64,000 nucleotides of DNA from an uncultured candidate division Zixibacteria bacterium (GCA_963664195.1 OY760907.1:736001-800000); one strand, 5' to 3'. Shown: positions 48,914 through 58,774, counted from the first letter of the stretch. Program-made: numbers and translations. The notes: a model not told the origin generated them from the letters alone.

Positions 48914-50194
48914 CTAGAATCCGTACGTCACTTTCACGTACGCATTATCGTTCTTCTGAAACTGCCCGAACTCCGTGCTTTCGTACTTTCCGGCAAAAAT
49001 GTTTCCGCCGACCGACAACGTCACCTCATCGGTATGCTTGTACGAGGCATTCAAGCGAATGTATGTATCTTCATCAGTGGGCGAGTAAAAGACGAAAGTC
49101 GAAAGCGTCAGATTCTCGTCCATCATAAGTTTCGTAATTCGCGAGGTCAGAAGATGCCGATCCTCACTTGTTTTCACCGTCATGCCACCGTCTTTCACTC
49201 GTAGAAAAACGCCGTCATCAAGCTTGTGCTGTACCTGCCACTGGGCGTTGATCGTCAGGTTGGTAGCGATCTGACGCTCGTACCCGATCATTCCCGTAAC
49301 CATGGAATTGGGCCGTAAGTTCACGGTTTCGTTTGCCTGGTAATCGCGGGAATCGAACCAACCGCCTTCGAGCCAGAGCACGCCGCCCCAGAGAGTACCG
49401 CGAATCGAGGCGCCGTAGACGTCAACCCGTGCAAAGACCGGAGCATAAACCGGCAGATCATCGACCACTCCCATAAAATCAGCACCCGTCGGGTTCTTAT
49501 AGAGGCCGTGGTAGTAGTACAGAGAAGTACGATGGTTCATGATCGTCCGGCTCAACCGCATTGCAATCTCACTGTTTTTGAACCGAGACTCAGGTTCCGG
49601 CGGCTCAAACAGGAATTCCTCGCCCATCCCGGTCCCGACAATGGCGGCGCCAAACGGGTTGTAGTAACTCAGCTTGCGACCGTCAGGAATACGGTTGGCA
49701 GCGAATTTCGGTGACCAGACGATTGACAGTTCACCGATCGGATTATAATACTCTACCCGCATAGCGTTCTGCGGGGCTTTGAGATACTGGTCATCCCGAC
49801 CGACCAGAAACGACTGGTAGTCCTTAGCGAAAACGTCGTTAATGAAAATCAGATCACCCGTTCCCCAGGTCACTATCTGGCGACCAATCTTGAAGTCAAG
49901 GTTGTTGCCCAACCGAAACTTCATGTATCCCTCGCGAAGCTCCCAGTCAAGCTCGTCACCGACCGCACCGTCGTAGGTGAAATCCAGCCTGCCAAAGAAC
50001 TCGACCCCGTCGCCGAAATGCTCGGCGCGAAGCTGCATGCGGGTTTCCGAGGCGGTATATTCGGTTTCCGTGGGATTGTTCTGGTCGATCCGTCCGCCGT
50101 ACAGCCCCTGGAGGAAACCGTCGATGAACAGCTCGGCCCGTGCAGGGACTGCTGCCAGGAGCAGCAGTCCGAGTATGGTAAGTGTCTTTTTCAT
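48914..50194 (-). CDS. Outer-membrane beta-barrel protein (DUF1302-like)
   Basis: Signal peptide; LREGY, GRQIVTWG and FGQF motifs; terminal YGF. Confidence 0.75.
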   Translation of the reverse strand: MKKTLTILGLLLLAAVPARAELFIDGFLQGLYGGRIDQNNPTETEYTASETRMQLRAEHFGDGVEFFGRLDFTYDGAVGDELDWELREGYMKFRLGNNLDFKIGRQIVTWGTGDLIFINDVFAKDYQSFLVGRDDQYLKAPQNAMRVEYYNPIGELSIVWSPKFAANRIPDGRKLSYYNPFGAAIVGTGMGEEFLFEPPEPESRFKNSEIAMRLSRTIMNHRTSLYYYHGLYKNPTGADFMGVVDDLPVYAPVFARVDVYGASIRGTLWGGVLWLEGGWFDSRDYQANETVNLRPNSMVTGMIGYERQIATNLTINAQWQVQHKLDDGVFLRVKDGGMTVKTSEDRHLLTSRITKLMMDENLTLSTFVFYSPTDEDTYIRLNASYKHTDEVTLSVGGNIFAGKYESTEFGQFQKNDNAYVKVTYGF

Positions 50195-50213
50195 TTCCGC
50201 ACCTCAGAAAAGT

Positions 50214-51014
50214 CTATTTGATGAATTCGCGTGGGGGATTCTTCAGATACCGTTCACTGAACAGATCGTCGGTCAACCCCTGATTGTACCTGATACTGGA
50301 GAAATCGACATAGGTTTTAGTACCCTTCTTGAGGTTCTCCATTGAACGCAGTGTAACGGTCATGATGCCGTCGATTTCCTCGACGCTCTCGGCGAGGAAG
50401 ACCCGGATCATTTCGTCCTTCTTGTCAAAGTACTCCTCTTTGAGCGGCAGGAAACCCTCTTTGTCGATATAGGAGACTTTGCGCGCGAAACCTTTGTAAT
50501 CGTCTTTCGGAACCGACTGGATCACGTACACCGCCTTGCCGTCGAGTTCGGTACCCTCAAGCATGGTGTGGGTATCCTCGGTCCAGTGACGGCCGGACAC
50601 GTCCTCGTAAGTGAAATCGGAACCGACGAAGCTAGAGTTCTTGTCGTCCGCTGAGATCGGCTTGATAAGGTCTACGGCGGGGACATAGATCCAGCGCTTG
50701 TCGTTGCCGTCGGGGTCCTTGTGAACCATGAACGTCATGCGCGAGACGTCGGATGGTTTCTTGAAATAGGTGTAGTACTTCTGCGCGCCGCCTTCGTTGA
50801 CGTCGAGGCGAAGCATGACAAACTCACGGTTACGCTCTTTGCCCTTTTTGTCGACCAGACGCATGGTGACATCGGCAACACCGTCATCAGCAGCGTAATA
50901 GTACGCCATGTGTGACTTCTTCATTATTTCATCGGCAGTCTGCGAGAAGGCGGCTCCGACAAGGATCATCAGTCCCAGCAGAGTCATCATAAGAAAAGCG
51001 GTGAGATTCTTCAT
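50214..51014 (-). CDS. LolA-like outer-membrane lipoprotein-sorting protein
   Basis: F..PSDV, RWIYVPA, SFVGSDFTYED and YNQGL..LFSER.L motifs. Confidence 0.85.
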   Translation of the reverse strand: MKNLTAFLMMTLLGLMILVGAAFSQTADEIMKKSHMAYYYAADDGVADVTMRLVDKKGKERNREFVMLRLDVNEGGAQKYYTYFKKPSDVSRMTFMVHKDPDGNDKRWIYVPAVDLIKPISADDKNSSFVGSDFTYEDVSGRHWTEDTHTMLEGTELDGKAVYVIQSVPKDDYKGFARKVSYIDKEGFLPLKEEYFDKKDEMIRVFLAESVEEIDGIMTVTLRSMENLKKGTKTYVDFSSIRYNQGLTDDLFSERYLKNPPREFIK

Positions 51015-51030
51015 TTTTGCAATCCTTCTA

Positions 51031-53361
51031 TTATTCGTTAACATCACTTGCAAAACTTGATTTCGCCTGCCCCGGCAGCAGGCTCTTGCGGAAAACATAG
51101 ATAATAGCCGGCAGGAGCAGCATGGTTGTCAATCCGGAGACCACCATAATGGCCAGGAAGAACGAGCCGACGGTGATATACGGGACCAGTGTGGAGAAGA
51201 GCATCGGCACGAAGCCAATCGCGATGACCAGCACGTTTCGACCGATTGCGCGCCCGGTACCCTCGAAAATCTCCTTAAACGATTCCTGGAAATCATTTGT
51301 CCGGGCGTGGATCATCCTCAGCCGCTGAATGAAGTGGATCGCGAAATCAATCGAAAGACCAAGGGTCAATGAAGACAGCACGGCCACCGGCATGTCATAC
51401 GGCTTGCCGACATAACCGATGAAGGCGTAGATGGCCATAATCGTTATCGACAGCGGCAGCATCGAAATGATTCCCCACTTGAAAGAGCGGAAGAGGAATA
51501 TCATCATGATGAACACGACAACGTAGGAGCTCATCAGCGACTTGCCCATGCCGGTAACCATCTGATCCTGCCAGGCAACATTGATATACGGCAGCCCAGC
51601 CCATTGAGCGGTGACTCCTTCCGGCAGCGGGTGTTCTTCCAGGAAGCGATTGCCTCGCTCGACCACTTCGGTGACGGCCACGTTGTCGCCTTTCTTGAGC
51701 TGTATCCACAGGTTGGCCTTGTTGTAGTATGGCGTAACGAACTTGAACAGGTCATCAGGGTTGCCCCCGGACATCTCAAACATGAAGAGCATCTGGGCAA
51801 TCTCGTCCTGTGAGTCCGGAAGCGCGAGTTTAGAGGAATCAGCGCCAAACAGCTCGTAACGAACCTTCTTGACAATGTCCGCGAGGCCCGTGGTGGCGCC
51901 TACGTTCGGTTCTTTCTCCAGCTCGCGCTGGATCGCCTCTATATACTTCACGACTTCGGGCGACTTCATACGGTCGTCGTCGTCGCTCTCAAAGACGAGG
52001 TAGTTCATGTAAGTACCGGCAAGGTGTTCGTTCATCACCTGGTCGGCGATCCGAATCGGGTGTGATTCCTTGAACCATTTCACCGGGTTATCGTTTACGA
52101 CGATTTTCGTCAGACCATAGCCGGACACTGCCACGACGATTATGGCCAGGGCAATGATGACCTTTGGTCGTTTCGAGGACACGCGCCGGAATGCTTCCAT
52201 GAGGCGTGACAACGGTCCTCTGGTCACATCCTGATTAACAAACTTCATCAGGATCTTGTCCGGAATCAGGATGGCAATCGCCGGATTGATGATCAGCGAC
52301 AGGAACCAGGCCACAATGATACCGAAGGCAACGAACATACCGAACACGCGAACCGGCGGTATCGGAGTCAGCGCCAGTGAGATAAATCCGGCAACAGTGG
52401 TCAGGGAAGTAAACAGCATCGGCATAAACAACTCACCGATCGAGTGCCGTATTGTATTGGGCTTGTCCTGGAATTTCTTGTAGCGGTCGCAACACTCGGA
52501 TAGAATGTGGATTGAGTTAAGCACCGCAATTGGAATCAGGAAGATCGGAATCATCGAGGACATGATATGCACGGTGAAGCCCATCATGATGAGCAGACCC
52601 ATCGCCCAGATCACCGACATCATGGCGACGATCATCGGCGCCAGAATCACTCGCCATTGCTTGAAGAACATAAGCAACAACAGAAAGATGATGAGCATGG
52701 CAGCCGGGGCGCTAAACGCCATCTGCGAAAACATTTCTGATCCGAAAGAGTCCTCAGCCAGCGGCAGACCGGCGATATGATACTCGGCGTCGCCACCGAG
52801 ACGGTCAATAATCGCCTGGATTTCCGTTGCCACCCGATGCGAGACGTCTTTCGACTCCAACGGGATGAACAGAGCAATCGTCTTGCCGTCGTCGGAGGCC
52901 AATTTGCCCCGAAGAATGGGGTTGTCATGGATACGCCCGAGGATGTACTGAGCCTCTTCGTCGGTCTCGATCTCATCCGCCATGAGCGGTTCGATGACCA
53001 ACACGCCCCCAGGCCCCTGCTTGATGTCATCAGTAGTAGAGGGAGCCATGATGTCATCGACTATCACGCCGTCGATTTCCTCTATCTCGGCGGTAATATT
53101 GTATACGCGGTTCAGCAGATCAGCCGTAAAGGCGGTCGGCTCTTGTACAACACCAACAGCGATGAAATCCGAGAGCGCAAACTCTTCCTTGGTGAAGGAA
53201 TGGAAGAGCCGTGTCGGCTCGTCCTCTTCCAGCATGTTCTGCGGATCGGTGTCAATCTTAATCTTGGGGAACTGAAAGGCGAAGAAGACCGTGATCAGCA
53301 GCGTCACCCCGATGACAATCCAGGGATGTTTGATCGCGAATTCCGTTAATCCTCTTTTCAT
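51031..53361 (-). CDS. MMPL/RND family transporter
   Basis: 776 aa with two TM bundles separated by large loops; TSLTT.AGF and LGLSIDFAIHF motifs. Confidence 0.9.
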   Translation of the reverse strand: MKRGLTEFAIKHPWIVIGVTLLITVFFAFQFPKIKIDTDPQNMLEEDEPTRLFHSFTKEEFALSDFIAVGVVQEPTAFTADLLNRVYNITAEIEEIDGVIVDDIMAPSTTDDIKQGPGGVLVIEPLMADEIETDEEAQYILGRIHDNPILRGKLASDDGKTIALFIPLESKDVSHRVATEIQAIIDRLGGDAEYHIAGLPLAEDSFGSEMFSQMAFSAPAAMLIIFLLLLMFFKQWRVILAPMIVAMMSVIWAMGLLIMMGFTVHIMSSMIPIFLIPIAVLNSIHILSECCDRYKKFQDKPNTIRHSIGELFMPMLFTSLTTVAGFISLALTPIPPVRVFGMFVAFGIIVAWFLSLIINPAIAILIPDKILMKFVNQDVTRGPLSRLMEAFRRVSSKRPKVIIALAIIVVAVSGYGLTKIVVNDNPVKWFKESHPIRIADQVMNEHLAGTYMNYLVFESDDDDRMKSPEVVKYIEAIQRELEKEPNVGATTGLADIVKKVRYELFGADSSKLALPDSQDEIAQMLFMFEMSGGNPDDLFKFVTPYYNKANLWIQLKKGDNVAVTEVVERGNRFLEEHPLPEGVTAQWAGLPYINVAWQDQMVTGMGKSLMSSYVVVFIMMIFLFRSFKWGIISMLPLSITIMAIYAFIGYVGKPYDMPVAVLSSLTLGLSIDFAIHFIQRLRMIHARTNDFQESFKEIFEGTGRAIGRNVLVIAIGFVPMLFSTLVPYITVGSFFLAIMVVSGLTTMLLLPAIIYVFRKSLLPGQAKSSFASDVNE

Positions 53362-53400
53362 ACCGTCGACCTCTCCAATCTACATTTACTCGTTTTCAGA

Positions 53401-53429
53401 TTAGATGGGCACCTGGTCAAAACGATTCA
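53401..53429 (-). promoter_or_regulatory. Candidate ECF promoter TGAATC-N16-CATCTAA of the MMPL operon
   Basis: The same motif and spacing (TGAATC-N16-TATCCAA) occur at 54385-54413, at the ECF gene start. Confidence 0.65.
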
Positions 53430-53550
53430 ACTTTTCTTGCCGATGCGGCGCAATACCGTAAGTTGCTGTCATCAGGACGCTTCGGATAGATAATGGACCC
53501 GGTGTGCTATATGAGAAGGAAGATAGTGAGTGCGCTTAACGGGAGCAAGT

Positions 53551-53802
53551 CTACTTTTTGCCGAATTTCTGCTCCCAGCGGGCTTTGAGCAGACCGTTCA
53601 AGCGGGACGCCAGTTCCTGAGGAAGGGGCTCTTCTTTGCCCTCACGACATAACTTGACCGTCTGTTTGAGAGTATCGATCATAATGCGACAGTTTTCGCA
53701 CTGCCCGAGGTGTTTCTCGATTTCAGCGCAAATGGAACCGTCGAGAGTACCGTCAAGATAGTCGTTTAGCTCGCTTACGTAGTCGGGGCATTTATGTCCC
53801 AT
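53551..53802 (-). CDS. Zinc-finger anti-sigma factor (zf-HC2), soluble
   Basis: C...L.DYLDG.L...HLGQCENC (HxxxCxxC); overlaps the sigma stop. Confidence 0.9.
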   Translation of the reverse strand: MGHKCPDYVSELNDYLDGTLDGSICAEIEKHLGQCENCRIMIDTLKQTVKLCREGKEEPLPQELASRLNGLLKARWEQKFGKK

Positions 53803-54394
53803 GTTGTACCTCAAAAAGTGCCGAGAGTTGTTCCCGGAGGGCGAGTCGTGCCCTGAGGATTCTGGATTTTGTTGCGGCCTCTGATTCATTGATCGCCTCA
53901 GCGACTTCCTTCACCGACAGTTCCTCTACATACCTTAGCACAAACGCCTCACGGTATTTGTACGGTAACTCAGCTACCAGTCGGTGGATGGCATCACGGA
54001 GCTGTTCGTTTTCGAGTAACTGCTCCGGGTTGTTCCAATCCGAGAGCATTCGGCTTTCAGCCCGCATGCCCTGATCGTTGTGTCCACCGGGCAGATAATC
54101 CTCAATCGGCTTCAACTCTGCCTGTTTGCGTTTGGCGAACAGAGCACGGGCCTGGTTCAGAGCAATACTGTAAAGCCAAGTGCCAAACGACGATTCCAGC
54201 CGAAACTGATCGATCTTATCAATAGCTTTCAGGAACGTATCCTGAACAATATCCTCAGCATCTTCAGTATTCCCGGAGAGCTTTCTGGCCAGCCCGTAGA
54301 TCTTGTCCTGATGGGCCTGAATCAACTCCGTGAAGGCCGAAAAATCACCGGCCTGAGCCTGCTGTACTAACCTCTTTTCATCCATTGGATACAA
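53792..54394 (-). CDS. ECF sigma-70 family RNA polymerase sigma factor (ATG start more likely at 54385)
   Basis: DAEDIVQDTF, FGTWLYSIA, LP.KYR..F.L and KSRILRAR motifs. Confidence 0.95.
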   Translation of the reverse strand: MYPMDEKRLVQQAQAGDFSAFTELIQAHQDKIYGLARKLSGNTEDAEDIVQDTFLKAIDKIDQFRLESSFGTWLYSIALNQARALFAKRKQAELKPIEDYLPGGHNDQGMRAESRMLSDWNNPEQLLENEQLRDAIHRLVAELPYKYREAFVLRYVEELSVKEVAEAINESEAATKSRILRARLALREQLSALFEVQHGT

Positions 54395-54557
54395 TATACG
54401 TTAAAGTGATTCAAAGAAAAGCCCCGGTTTCAGCAAAAACCGGCTACGCCTAACATCGGAAATGACACCGGAAGTAAACGGTCTTTAGGTTTTCTTGCGG
54501 GAGAAAAATAAAAACCACAAATTTGGAAACTTTTCCCCGCTCAAGATTGTAATTGAA

Positions 54558-54651
54558 TATGCTGGCGGTGATGATTCTGCATACCTGTACTGCAACGTGC
54601 CGCCCATATAGCCCCGTGCCGATCCCCCTCCCCCCCGGTGCGGGGTTTTTT
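54558..54651 (+). ncRNA. Candidate small RNA or attenuated leader (two hairpins, C-rich terminator loop)
   Basis: GGAAAC-N17-TGTA upstream; GGCGGTG...TGCCGCC stem; CCCCGTGCCG/CGGTGCGGGG plus T6 terminator. Confidence 0.35.
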
Positions 54652-54748
54652 ATGCGGAAAATCGAACGGCAAATCAAGCAAGATTCGGGTGGAATTCACG
54701 CCAGCATAGGTTACATTCAGTGACAACAGTCAAACGGCGGAGAAGCAA

Positions 54749-55603
54749 GTGCACTCAGGCATCGGCGAACAGAAGTCAGAGGACTACCGAAAAATCGAAA
54801 GCGCGATTCGTTTCATTGAATCTGAATTCCAGTCTCAGCCAAACCTGGAGGAAATCGCCTCCTCCGTTCACCTGAGCAGGTTCCACTTCGATAGGCTGTT
54901 CAAACGATGGGCCGGGATTAGCCCCATTCAGTTTTTGCAGTCTCTTACGCTCGACTACACCAAACAGAGACTTGCCGAATCGGCCAGCGTGCTCGACGCC
55001 TCTCTGGATGCTGGTCTCTCCGGTCCGGGCAGACTGCACGACCTGTTTGTCACTTTCGACGGTCTCACTCCGGGTGAGTTCAAACGGCAGGCGATTGGAT
55101 TGGACGTATCGTACGGCTGGTGTCCCTCCCCTTTTGGGGAGTGTCTGATCGGGGCCACGAACCGGGGACTCTGCTTTCTCGGGTTTGTCGGCGAGGATCG
55201 CGACGATTCCTTCCATCAACTCCTTGGGACCGTGCCGCGGGCGTGCTTTGTAGAGCGACCTGACGTCATCAAGCCAATTGCCGCAGGCATTTTCGATCTC
55301 CGCAGGGCCGACACCACACGGCCGTTCACGCTGCATCTCAAAGGAACGAATTTCCAGTTCAGAGTCTGGAAAGCTCTTCTGGGCATCCCCGAGGGTCGAG
55401 TTGTCACCTATCAGGATATAGCCCGACATATCGGCCACCCTGAGGCGCACAGGGCAGTTGCAAATGCGGTCGCGGTGAACCCGGTTTCGTACCTGATCCC
55501 CTGCCATCGGGTGATTGCCAAATCTGGAAGGATTCATAAATATCGCTGGGGTTCTGCACGCAAAAAAGTGCTGGTTGCCTTTGAAGCGGCGAGAACGGCA
55601 TGA
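54749..55603 (+). CDS. AraC-HTH / methylated-DNA--protein-cysteine methyltransferase (Ada-like)
   Basis: HF.RLFKRWAGISP, GLSG.GRLHDLF, GTNFQ and IPCHRV motifs. Confidence 0.93.
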   Translation: MHSGIGEQKSEDYRKIESAIRFIESEFQSQPNLEEIASSVHLSRFHFDRLFKRWAGISPIQFLQSLTLDYTKQRLAESASVLDASLDAGLSGPGRLHDLFVTFDGLTPGEFKRQAIGLDVSYGWCPSPFGECLIGATNRGLCFLGFVGEDRDDSFHQLLGTVPRACFVERPDVIKPIAAGIFDLRRADTTRPFTLHLKGTNFQFRVWKALLGIPEGRVVTYQDIARHIGHPEAHRAVANAVAVNPVSYLIPCHRVIAKSGRIHKYRWGSARKKVLVAFEAARTA

Positions 55604-55801
55604 AACTGTCGCGTCCGGGGTAGAACCCCGACGCTCACGACTATGGTATGGGCTCCACAGAAGATAGGTCGAAACTCCCACAGTTTCGACATCATTCGGC
55701 CAAAACCCCAAGGGTTTTGACCCACTAAACCTGCGATCTTTGATACACAGCATAAAGAAGCCGCCGGCGAAACACCGACGGCTCAGAGGTAAGACTGAGG
55801 G

Positions 55802-56695
55802 TTAGTTCTTGATTTTCAGGGCCGGCACAATGACGCTGGCCGCAAAATTCTCCAGAGTGGTCGGAGTCGTGGACTCGTTGGTTCGAGGCGAATCGGATTT
55901 CAATTCACCCCGATCCAGGGCATCATACATTTGCACGAATTGGTCCGCCACATTTCTACTGGCGCCCATTCCGGTCAGGGAGCTAATAGCCTCCTGCGGC
56001 GTAATCTGAACGTAGTTGACCGCTTGACCAACCGCGGTGCCGATTATACTGGCCGCCTCGTCGAATGTGTATTCACGAGGACCGTGCAGCGGAACGACAT
56101 TGGTCCCGGAAAAACCGGTATTGATCGTGTTTACCGCAGCCACCGCCACATCCTCAGTGGCGATCATCGGAATCTTGGTGTTGCCCTTAATCGGCAGACT
56201 GATGCTGTTGGTCCGCGTGATATTGGGAACTTCGGTCAGGAAGTTCTCCATGAAGTAGCTGGGACGGAGAATCGTCAGGTTGTCACAAACGTTCTTGAAC
56301 CGTTCCTCGGTTTCATGAAGCGAGGTTATCGGCCCTAACTCACCGGTAGTGAGATGTGCACCCGCAGACGACAACAGAATAACACTCTTGATCTTGTTGT
56401 TGCGAATAGCGTTGGTGGCATTGTCGGCCAGAGTCATCTCGAATGCATCCAGATCAGTCGCTGTCAGATCGACCGGATTGATCCAGAAGAGCATATCGAC
56501 TCCCTTGGTCGCCTTCTGCACATAACTGCTGTCGGTCAGGTCTCCCTTGATAATGGTTACGCCCCGCTTCTTCTCGTCCTTGAGCCTCGAAGGATTCCTC
56601 GCCAGAAGAACCAGCTCATGGCCGCCTTCATCAAGAAGTCTGTTGACTACCTTGCGCCCGATTTTCCCTGTCGGGGTGGTAATTGCGATCTTCAT
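55802..56695 (-). CDS. NmrA-family NAD(P)-binding protein
   Basis: TPTGKIG, LSSAGAH, LRPSYFMEN and IATEDVA motifs. Confidence 0.88.
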   Translation of the reverse strand: MKIAITTPTGKIGRKVVNRLLDEGGHELVLLARNPSRLKDEKKRGVTIIKGDLTDSSYVQKATKGVDMLFWINPVDLTATDLDAFEMTLADNATNAIRNNKIKSVILLSSAGAHLTTGELGPITSLHETEERFKNVCDNLTILRPSYFMENFLTEVPNITRTNSISLPIKGNTKIPMIATEDVAVAAVNTINTGFSGTNVVPLHGPREYTFDEAASIIGTAVGQAVNYVQITPQEAISSLTGMGASRNVADQFVQMYDALDRGELKSDSPRTNESTTPTTLENFAASVIVPALKIKN

Positions 56696-57008
56696 AAAGC
56701 CTCTCCTTTTGTTTTGATCCGCCGTCAGGACTTTCACGCGCCACGCCCCCCTCGGCTGGTGCGTGGGGCCTCAACAAGTCCAAATAGGCTGCATCAGTCC
56801 TTTTGGCAGAATACTTGTTTGTCGTACAGACAAAGGGATATACGCGAAAACAGCTGTTAATCATGGGACTAACAGGGGTTAACGGGCTCCGGGAGTCGTA
56901 TCCTGTCGAAAAATCGACCGGCGACAGGAAGTGTCAGATTATGACAAAAAGAGCGCGGGTGGGCAGAGCTCAAGGCTGACCGCCCGCAAAGGCTTACCCG
57001 ATTGCAAC

Positions 57009-58406
57009 TTAGAACTTTGCCCAGCGCGGCACGCGGGGGAACGGGGCAACATCGCGGATGTTACTCATGCCGGTGATGTACATGACGGCCCGGTCAAAGC
57101 CCAGCCCAAATCCAGAGTGAGGAACCGTGCCCCACTTGCGAATATCCAGGTACCAGAAGTAGTTATCCAGGTCGTTGATGCCTTTTGATTTCATCCGGTC
57201 GACAAGAACGTCGTATCGATCTTCTCGCTGGGAACCGCCGATGATTTCGCCGATCTTGGGGACAAGGACGTCCATCGCTCCGACAGTCTTGCCATCATCG
57301 TTGACCTTCATATAAAAGGACTTGATCTTCTCCGGGTAATCATACACGATCACGGGCTTCTTGAACGTCTTCTCGGTCAAGTATCGCTCGTGCTCGGACT
57401 GAAGGTCCACACCCCACTTCACTGGAAATTCAAACTTGTCACCGGCTTTCTCCAAAACCTTGATTGCCTCGGTGTATGTGATCCGCTCGAATTCCGAGTT
57501 GACAACATGTTCAAGCATCTGGTGCAGTTCTTTGTCGATCCACTTGCCGAAAAACGCCATTTCGTCGGCACAGTCTTCGAGGGCAAACCGCAGGAGATAC
57601 TTCAGGAAATCCTCGGCCAAATCCATGTTGTCGGAGTTTTCCGCCCAGGCCATTTCCGGTTCGATCATCCAAAACTCAGACGCGTGGCGGCTGGTGTTTG
57701 AGTTTTCGGCACGGAAAGTCGGGCCAAACGTATAGATATCGCCCAAAGCCGTGGCCAGTAGCTCGCCCTCAAGCTGACCCGACACCGTAAGGTAGGCCTC
57801 GGCACCGAAGAAATCAGCGTCCCAGTCGATCCCGCCGTCCTTCATGGGTACGTTCTTGAAATCGAACGTGGAAACGCGGAACAGATCACCTGCCCCCTCG
57901 CAGTCTGAGGCAGAGATCAGTGGCGTCTGGATATAATAGAAGTCACGCTCCTGATAGAACTTGTGCACGGCATACGCCAGTTTGGACCGAATCCGATTGA
58001 CGGCACCAAAGGTGTTCGTTCGAGGACGCAAGTGAGCGATCTCACGAAGGAACTCGAAACTATGCCGCTTCTTTTGCAACGGGTAGCTCTGATCAGCCTC
58101 ACCGACCAGATCCACCGACTCAACCGCCAATTCGTATTTCTGTCCTTTGGCCGGAGACTCAATTAGCTTGCCTCTCAAGCGTACCGAGGCACCGGTGAGA
58201 ATCTTGTCCAGCACCGGAAAGTTATCCGGCTCGCCGATAACGCCCTGAATATTCCCCATGCAGGACCCGTCGTTGACCTCCAGAAAAGCGACTGACTTGC
58301 TTACGCGGGCGGTTCGGATCCAACCGAGTATGGTAACGTCACTGTTTAGCTCCACGGCGTCGTCGAGCAGTATTCTTGCGATTTTCGTTCTACTTCTGTA
58401 ATCCAC
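57009..58406 (-). CDS. asnS: Asparagine--tRNA ligase
   Basis: HLRPRTN, DCEGAG, LTVSGQL, FRAENSNT.RH, EIIGGSQRE and PHSGFGLGF motifs. Confidence 0.97.
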   Translation of the reverse strand: MDYRSRTKIARILLDDAVELNSDVTILGWIRTARVSKSVAFLEVNDGSCMGNIQGVIGEPDNFPVLDKILTGASVRLRGKLIESPAKGQKYELAVESVDLVGEADQSYPLQKKRHSFEFLREIAHLRPRTNTFGAVNRIRSKLAYAVHKFYQERDFYYIQTPLISASDCEGAGDLFRVSTFDFKNVPMKDGGIDWDADFFGAEAYLTVSGQLEGELLATALGDIYTFGPTFRAENSNTSRHASEFWMIEPEMAWAENSDNMDLAEDFLKYLLRFALEDCADEMAFFGKWIDKELHQMLEHVVNSEFERITYTEAIKVLEKAGDKFEFPVKWGVDLQSEHERYLTEKTFKKPVIVYDYPEKIKSFYMKVNDDGKTVGAMDVLVPKIGEIIGGSQREDRYDVLVDRMKSKGINDLDNYFWYLDIRKWGTVPHSGFGLGFDRAVMYITGMSNIRDVAPFPRVPRWAKF

Positions 58407-58590
58407 GGCGGCACCTCTCTAGTTCGTCCTGAGATAAACCCGGCTGAAGCCTGATGTATCGAAGTCACAAAAATAGCAGAATAATCGAAAGGCGCAAGGA
58501 CTGAGTTTGCGACCAAAACTGGCAGAGAGCGAAAAACGGAGAAATGGGTCAAAAAAGTGGAACAAATTTATCCGGCTCTGCGTATTAATC

Positions 58591-58688
58591 ATACACACAC
58601 ACTGAAGTTCTTGAAAGCAACGCAGTTTCCCAACCTATCATTCAACCTGCGGCCGCTGACCCTTCTCCAGGGTCGGCGGTTTCTTTTT
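58591..58688 (+). ncRNA. Candidate small RNA antiparallel to both flanking genes
   Basis: TGGAAC-N17-CGTA upstream; CCGCTGACCCT-tctcc-AGGGTCGGCGG plus TTTCTTTTT terminator facing +, while both neighbours are on -. Confidence 0.4.
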
Positions 58689-58774
58689 GTGGAGACCGGA
58701 CAAAGCTTGGCCGGACGCCTGCACATTCCGCAGGCGTCCGGCCTTCTCTGTTCCAAAGAGGCGTACCTGTGCGT

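Noticed and set aside
55802..56695. Ceramide reductase CerR
   Set aside because: The motifs fit the NmrA family rather than NDUFA9-like SDRs, and it is 20 kb from spt.
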